The notes beneath the pieces are model-generated. The model made no database searches. It was not told the DNA's origin and saw only the letters and a list, made by a program, of their open reading frames with translations. Below are positions 33,290 to 37,325 of a DNA stretch of 37,325 nucleotides, in pieces; the first letter of the stretch is position 1, and every line of letters starts with the position of its first letter. A program made the translations under genes and the position numbers. Source of the stretch: Gammaproteobacteria bacterium (lineage in GTDB: Bacteria; Pseudomonadota; Gammaproteobacteria; Steroidobacterales; GCA-2729495); NCBI GenBank assembly GCA_039926785.1, contig JBDSWH010000327.1:1-37325 (forward strand), written 5' to 3'.

Positions 33290-35107
33290 ATGCCGTCAGC
33301 CCGCGCCGCCGTCCTCCTGCTGCTCTCCCTGTCGATCGTCGCGGCGTCCGCCGTGGCCCGGGAGACCGGCGCGAAGCCATCGCGCACGGTGGGGGTGTTG
33401 TTCGTGGTCCACGGGGGTTCCGAAGACCAGGACGTCGCCAACACCTTCGACAGTACGCTGCAGTTCTTCCAGTACGACCCCAACAACGTCATCTTCAAGG
33501 GCCTGATCTGGAACCCGGCTGCCTGGCCCACGGTGGTGAAATCGGGCGACAGCCAGAGCTACGCGAACGCCGCCACGCAGCTCAAGAAGTACCAGTTCGC
33601 CCAGTCGCGGATCGGCGGGCGGGACCCGGCGCCCGCTCTGACGGACCGCCAGTTTGCCCAGCTCGAGCGAGCGCTGAAGGCCGACGGCCGGCATGCACAC
33701 CTCCGCTTTGTCACTGCCATCGCCCAGTGGATTGGCACCCAGGAGCAGACCGACCGTCTCCCCTGGCCCCGCTACCTGTACGAGCCCCACGTGCCGAACG
33801 GCAGCCGCCTGACCTACTGCGGCAGTACCGCGGACGGCGGTCCCTGGCCCGGCTGCAATTCGGAGCGCTACAACGTTGACGGTCCGGCCGAGCGCCTGCT
33901 CCGGCAGGGCGCCGACGAGATCCTGATGGTCGACATGACGGTGGGGGGCACGCGTTTCTGGAAGACCTTCGACGTGGTCAGCATGACCCGCCGGGTGGTC
34001 ACCGACTGGAACCAGCGCCACGGCACGGGGGTCGCCGTGCACTGGGTGAACGACCCGACCGACCTGATGCGCGACAGCTATCCGACGGACCCGCCGGGCT
34101 GGACACGGTCCCTCGGGCCGCCGAAGGCCGATTCGCGGGTGCCGCTGGCGGGCCGGCCCAACCCCGTCATCGAAGACCCCCTGCTGGTGGCCATGCAGGC
34201 GGACGGCATTGCGGCCGCCTTCAATCCGCGGGTCACGCCGGCCGATACGGCCGTATTGTTCATCAACCACGCTACCCGCGACGGCAACGAGACCTACGAC
34301 CCGAAGATCGATGACACGCTGGTCCTCGACGGCCGGATCAAGCAGGAGCTTCTCCGCCGTTATCCGCAGATGAAGTCCGACAACATCATCGGTTCCTGGA
34401 TGGGGATCCGCGAGCCGAACCCGGCGATTCGGCTCGGGGGCCGGGTGCGAACCAACCTGGAGCGGACCCGCGCGATGCGCGGCGAGGACTTGGGGGGCGC
34501 GTGGCTCTACGAGAGTAGCAAGCAGTTTCCCGGCGGCGACCATGGGTACCGGTACTGGGACGCCCTGGACCAGCTGCGCGAGCGCGGCGTTGGCCACATC
34601 GTCGTGATCTTCTCCCAGATCGTGATCGACAGCGCCCTCAATCTCGTAGAGGTGCCCAACCAGATTGCCAAGGAAATCGGTTCCCGGAGCTGGCTGCACG
34701 CCAAGGGCCTTCAGCGGCGCCTCTATCCGGAGACCGGTAGTCCGTTTGCGGATTACTGGGGCGTGTGGGTCGAGACCGCGTGCCGGTCGGACGATGTGGC
34801 GGACGACGGGTCGGGAGCCACCGGGCCCTGTTGCCTGACCCTGGGCGGCTGCGGGGATTCACGCCCCTATCCGCCGCTCCGGCAGGCGCCCCCGGACCAG
34901 CCCCGCGAAGACACTGATCCTTCGCTGGCCTTCGACATCCCCGCCTGGGGCCAGCTCGGCTACGACCCCGCCGCCGGTGCACCAAGCGAGGCCGGCCCCG
35001 TTCAGGCCCAGTACCGCGGTACCTGGGACATGTGGCGTCCCCCCAATGACGATCCGCGCATGGGCAAGCTGCTCGCGCGCCAGGTCGGGCTGTTCCTTCA
35101 AAGGTAG
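33290..35107 (+). CDS. Secreted protein with a ferrochelatase/CbiX-like (class II chelatase) two-lobe fold signature, large insertions and a Cys-rich C-terminal extension (605 aa)
   Basis: The signal peptide is MPSARAAVLLLLSLSIVAASAVA. By-eye alignment to HemH-type ferrochelatase gives four matching segments. GVLFVVHGGSE aligns to lobe-1 strand 1. QLKKYQFAQSRIGGRDPAPALTDRQFAQLERAL aligns to the R..Y..IGG.SPL...T..Q...L segment. AVLFINHATRDG aligns to the second-lobe SAH(S/G)LP strand. RERGVGHIVVIFSQIVIDSALNLVEV aligns to the V.PI.FVSDH.ETL segment. The antisense 467-aa ORF is Arg/Gly/Pro-rich and rejected. Confidence 0.5.
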   Translation: MPSARAAVLLLLSLSIVAASAVARETGAKPSRTVGVLFVVHGGSEDQDVANTFDSTLQFFQYDPNNVIFKGLIWNPAAWPTVVKSGDSQSYANAATQLKKYQFAQSRIGGRDPAPALTDRQFAQLERALKADGRHAHLRFVTAIAQWIGTQEQTDRLPWPRYLYEPHVPNGSRLTYCGSTADGGPWPGCNSERYNVDGPAERLLRQGADEILMVDMTVGGTRFWKTFDVVSMTRRVVTDWNQRHGTGVAVHWVNDPTDLMRDSYPTDPPGWTRSLGPPKADSRVPLAGRPNPVIEDPLLVAMQADGIAAAFNPRVTPADTAVLFINHATRDGNETYDPKIDDTLVLDGRIKQELLRRYPQMKSDNIIGSWMGIREPNPAIRLGGRVRTNLERTRAMRGEDLGGAWLYESSKQFPGGDHGYRYWDALDQLRERGVGHIVVIFSQIVIDSALNLVEVPNQIAKEIGSRSWLHAKGLQRRLYPETGSPFADYWGVWVETACRSDDVADDGSGATGPCCLTLGGCGDSRPYPPLRQAPPDQPREDTDPSLAFDIPAWGQLGYDPAAGAPSEAGPVQAQYRGTWDMWRPPNDDPRMGKLLARQVGLFLQR

Positions 35108-35112
35108 TGTTC

Positions 35113-36510
35113 ATGATCAATCGTTCGCGCAAGTACGGGCGGATTTCCGGTGTCATATCGGCGCTGGCCGCGAGTCTGTTCCTGGCCGCTTGCGGTGGTG
35201 GGGGCGGCATCGACAACGAACTGGCTTTCCGGGTGATTCAGGCGTCGCCGGACGCTCCGCCGGTCAACATCCGGATAGATGGCGTGGCGTTCCGTTCGGG
35301 CGTCAACTACAAGGAAGGTACCGGCTTCACGTTTGTCACGCCTCGTGACTACCATTTCCAGGTCGAGGCGATCGTACCCGGCGATGACGAAATCGTGGTG
35401 GACCAAAACGTGCCACTCGCGGCTGGCAAGGAGTACACCGTGCTGGCCGTCGGCAAGGCCGCCACGGCATCGGTGCAGTCGCTCATTTTCGAGAATGCGT
35501 TCGAGGACATCCCGGACGGCAACACGCGCGTGCAGTTCGTCCACGTGGCGCCGGACGCGCCGACCTACGACGTCTACATTACGGGCAAGGACGCCAGCCT
35601 GCCGGCAGCGACGCCGCTCGGCCAGGTTTCCTATGGGGATCAACCCGCCGCCCGTGAGCTGATTCCACCCGGTACCTACGTCATCCGGGTGACACCCGCC
35701 GGCGACCCCGACACGGTGGTGTTCGATTCGGGTGAACTGGGCGGATTTCGCAACCGCGACGACCTGCTGATCGTCCTCGTGCAGAACACGACAACGGGCA
35801 CGGCGCCGATCTCGTTGGTGGTCAACGACCGGTTCAACAACCTCGAGATCCTCGACAAGTCGACGCCGACCAGTTACCGGGTGGTGCACCTGTCCCCGGA
35901 TGCGCCGGCCTTGGACGTGGTGGCTGACCCGTCCACCGCGGCCACCCCCGAGGTAACGCTCGCCAGCGGCCTGACGTACCTGGGGCATACGGGCCACGTG
36001 AGCATTCCGCCCGAGACCTACACGGTGCGGGGCGTGAAGACGTCCGATCCGACGCCGGCAACGCCGCTGTTCACGTTTACCCGGGCCTCGTTTGCCGCAC
36101 AGAGCGCCACGGTGTTCGCCACCGGCCTGCTGGCCACCATGAATGGCCAGGTGGTGGCAGACGACCTTCGGCCGATCTTTGCGCAGGCGAAGCTGCGCGT
36201 CCTCGACGCCGCGCCCGGGAGTGGCACGGTCGACCTTTACCTGCTCGAACCCGGCCAAACGGTAGCGGACGTGAATCCGACCATCACCAACTTCGTGCTC
36301 ACGAGCATCACCGGCCACCTGGGTTTTGCCCCGAACAGCTACACCGTGGTGTTCACCCAGGCGGGCACCAAGACGGAACTGGCCGGCCAGGCAGTCGTGG
36401 CCGGCGCAGGTACCGTGCAGACCGTGATCCTGGTGGACGCGGTGCGGGTGGACGAGACCAGCGACGGCAAGCCGCCATCGGTGCTGGTGCTGGACGATCT
36501 CGGCAGCTAG
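35113..36510 (+). CDS. DUF4397 repeat lipoprotein (four repeats)
   Basis: It has a lipobox ([11 protein letters not shown]). Four roughly 105-115-aa modules each open with a DUF4397-type strand: [56 protein letters not shown] and [19 protein letters not shown]. It starts 5 nt after the upstream stop. Confidence 0.75.
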   Translation: MINRSRKYGRISGVISALAASLFLAACGGGGGIDNELAFRVIQASPDAPPVNIRIDGVAFRSGVNYKEGTGFTFVTPRDYHFQVEAIVPGDDEIVVDQNVPLAAGKEYTVLAVGKAATASVQSLIFENAFEDIPDGNTRVQFVHVAPDAPTYDVYITGKDASLPAATPLGQVSYGDQPAARELIPPGTYVIRVTPAGDPDTVVFDSGELGGFRNRDDLLIVLVQNTTTGTAPISLVVNDRFNNLEILDKSTPTSYRVVHLSPDAPALDVVADPSTAATPEVTLASGLTYLGHTGHVSIPPETYTVRGVKTSDPTPATPLFTFTRASFAAQSATVFATGLLATMNGQVVADDLRPIFAQAKLRVLDAAPGSGTVDLYLLEPGQTVADVNPTITNFVLTSITGHLGFAPNSYTVVFTQAGTKTELAGQAVVAGAGTVQTVILVDAVRVDETSDGKPPSVLVLDDLGS

Positions 36511-37325
36511 TACCGCGGGATAGCGGGATCGATTTCCCGGGACCAGGCGTCGATGCCGCCGGCCAGATTGTGCAGGTTGGTGTACCCACGCCGGCGGTAA
36601 CGCTCGGCCATGGCCTGGCTGCGGCCGCCACTGTGGCAGTGGAAGACAATTCGCGTGGCCGTGGGCAGGCTGTCCATCAGCTTCATGGCGGACTCGTCCC
36701 ACGGCTTGGCAGCGGGCAGCGAGGCCATCGCACGCTCGTCCTCACCTCGCACATCGAACAGCTGGAGGGATTCTCCGCCGTCCAGGGCCGCCTTGAGCTC
36801 GATGACGCTCATCTGCTTCACCGGCGGGGGTGCGTTAGGATTGTCGAAGCGGAATCCCTGGCCCTGCAGGCTCTCCATCTTGCTGATGCGGAGTCCGTCT
36901 GCGCGCGTGGCGCTCCACGGGTCCAGTTGCAATGAGATGGAGCCGCTGCTCACGTCCACGGCCCCGTCTTGAATCGGGCCAAGTGACATGGAGTGATCGA
37001 AACCGGCATTGATCTTCAGATGGATGGTGTCGCCGGGCCGGTCCTTCAGTGCCCCTGACATGATCTCGGCCGCCGTCGCATCGATATCGATGCGCGGCGT
37101 CTGGCCGGTGGGCTCGCCCAGGCCGAGCACGTTGCCGAGCTCGCCGGAGTCGAACATCTCGGTGATGATGTCACTACCGCCGACGAGCTCGCCGTCCACG
37201 TACAGCTGGGGGATCGTCGGCCAGTTGCCGTAGGCCTTGATGCCGTCGCGGATCTCGGGATCCTGCAGGACGTCGATGGCCAGGTAGTCGGACAGCAGCA
37301 TGTCCAGCGCGGCCACCGTCTTGGC
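36507..37325 (-). CDS. Fusion protein: monothiol-glutaredoxin (Grx4-like) domain / Cys-less IscA-HesB-like domain / rhodanese domain; N-terminus lies outside the window
   Basis: The frame stays open to the window edge. The Grx C-terminal wording is [46 protein letters not shown]. The middle domain has the IscA-like pattern ([15 protein letters not shown]...[12 protein letters not shown]...[11 protein letters not shown]) but lacks the three conserved Cys. The C-terminal rhodanese domain has the active-site loop CHSGGRS. Confidence 0.7.
   Translation of the reverse strand, partial: AKTVAALDMLLSDYLAIDVLQDPEIRDGIKAYGNWPTIPQLYVDGELVGGSDIITEMFDSGELGNVLGLGEPTGQTPRIDIDATAAEIMSGALKDRPGDTIHLKINAGFDHSMSLGPIQDGAVDVSSGSISLQLDPWSATRADGLRISKMESLQGQGFRFDNPNAPPPVKQMSVIELKAALDGGESLQLFDVRGEDERAMASLPAAKPWDESAMKLMDSLPTATRIVFHCHSGGRSQAMAERYRRRGYTNLHNLAGGIDAWSREIDPAIPRY

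Noticed and set aside
33296-36702. Long antisense ORFs 33296-34699 (467 aa) and 35098-36702 (534 aa), opposite the chelatase-like and DUF4397 genes.
   Set aside because: They have the same GC-artefact composition (R/G/P/A/V/H-rich), no signal peptide or family motifs and no Shine-Dalgarno site. The plus-strand products have signal peptides, repeats and balanced composition.
1-37325. Mobile elements, a prophage, a defence island, a CRISPR array, or tRNA/rRNA genes.
   Set aside because: No transposase, integrase, recombinase or phage-like ORF was seen. There is no long low-GC segment, no flanking direct repeats and no repeat-spacer array. No T-loop-like GGTTCGAATCC-type motif was seen on either strand by eye. 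A proper tRNAscan/Infernal run would be needed for certainty.

Overview
This is a 37.3 kb window of high-GC DNA (roughly two-thirds G+C by eye), gene-dense, and it looks like core chromosome from a Gram-negative bacterium, probably a gammaproteobacterium (low confidence). I support 35 protein-coding genes on both strands, many with gaps of 0-15 nt or overlapping start/stop codons. By eye I found no rRNA, tRNA, CRISPR array, transposase, integrase or phage genes, and no transcription-factor gene; the only regulator is one orphan histidine kinase.

Recognisable content:
- The 3' part of a NarG/EbdA-type molybdoenzyme alpha subunit plus its NarH-type Fe-S beta subunit.
- Cell-envelope genes: an AsmA-like protein, PBP1B with an overlapping LpoP-like TPR lipoprotein, and a divergent LdtD/YcbB - MepK/YcbK pair.
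- Transporters: a DHA2 MFS transporter, an EamA transporter and NhaA.
- PEP carboxylase.
- A LemA-TPM-TPM operon.
- A secreted two-HKD phospholipase D.
- A Tat-exported flavin amine oxidase with a DUF1015 gene, divergent from a PD40 beta-propeller gene and a Rieske oxygenase gene.
- A four-PAS orphan histidine kinase with a Sel1-repeat protein.
- A 2OG-Fe(II) oxygenase-like gene.
- A tight array of small membrane and detoxification-type genes: PLDc_N/TPR, a 4-TM protein, VOC, MAPEG and a hot-dog thioesterase.

The best candidates for something undescribed are:
1. 33290-36510: a signal-peptide-bearing, double-length ferrochelatase-fold protein coupled to a four-repeat DUF4397 lipoprotein.
2. 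36507-37325: a glutaredoxin / Cys-less IscA-like / rhodanese fusion.
3. 17342-22475: the oxidase / DUF1015 // PD40 / Rieske divergon.

Non-coding observations include a REP/BIME-like 60-nt palindrome, a triple tandem 15-nt repeat starting inside the last codons of ppc, an AT-rich perfect palindrome upstream of the asmA-like gene, and TGCCAC/GTGGCA repeats in a divergent promoter region.

All family calls come from motif-level recognition by eye. No database search was run.
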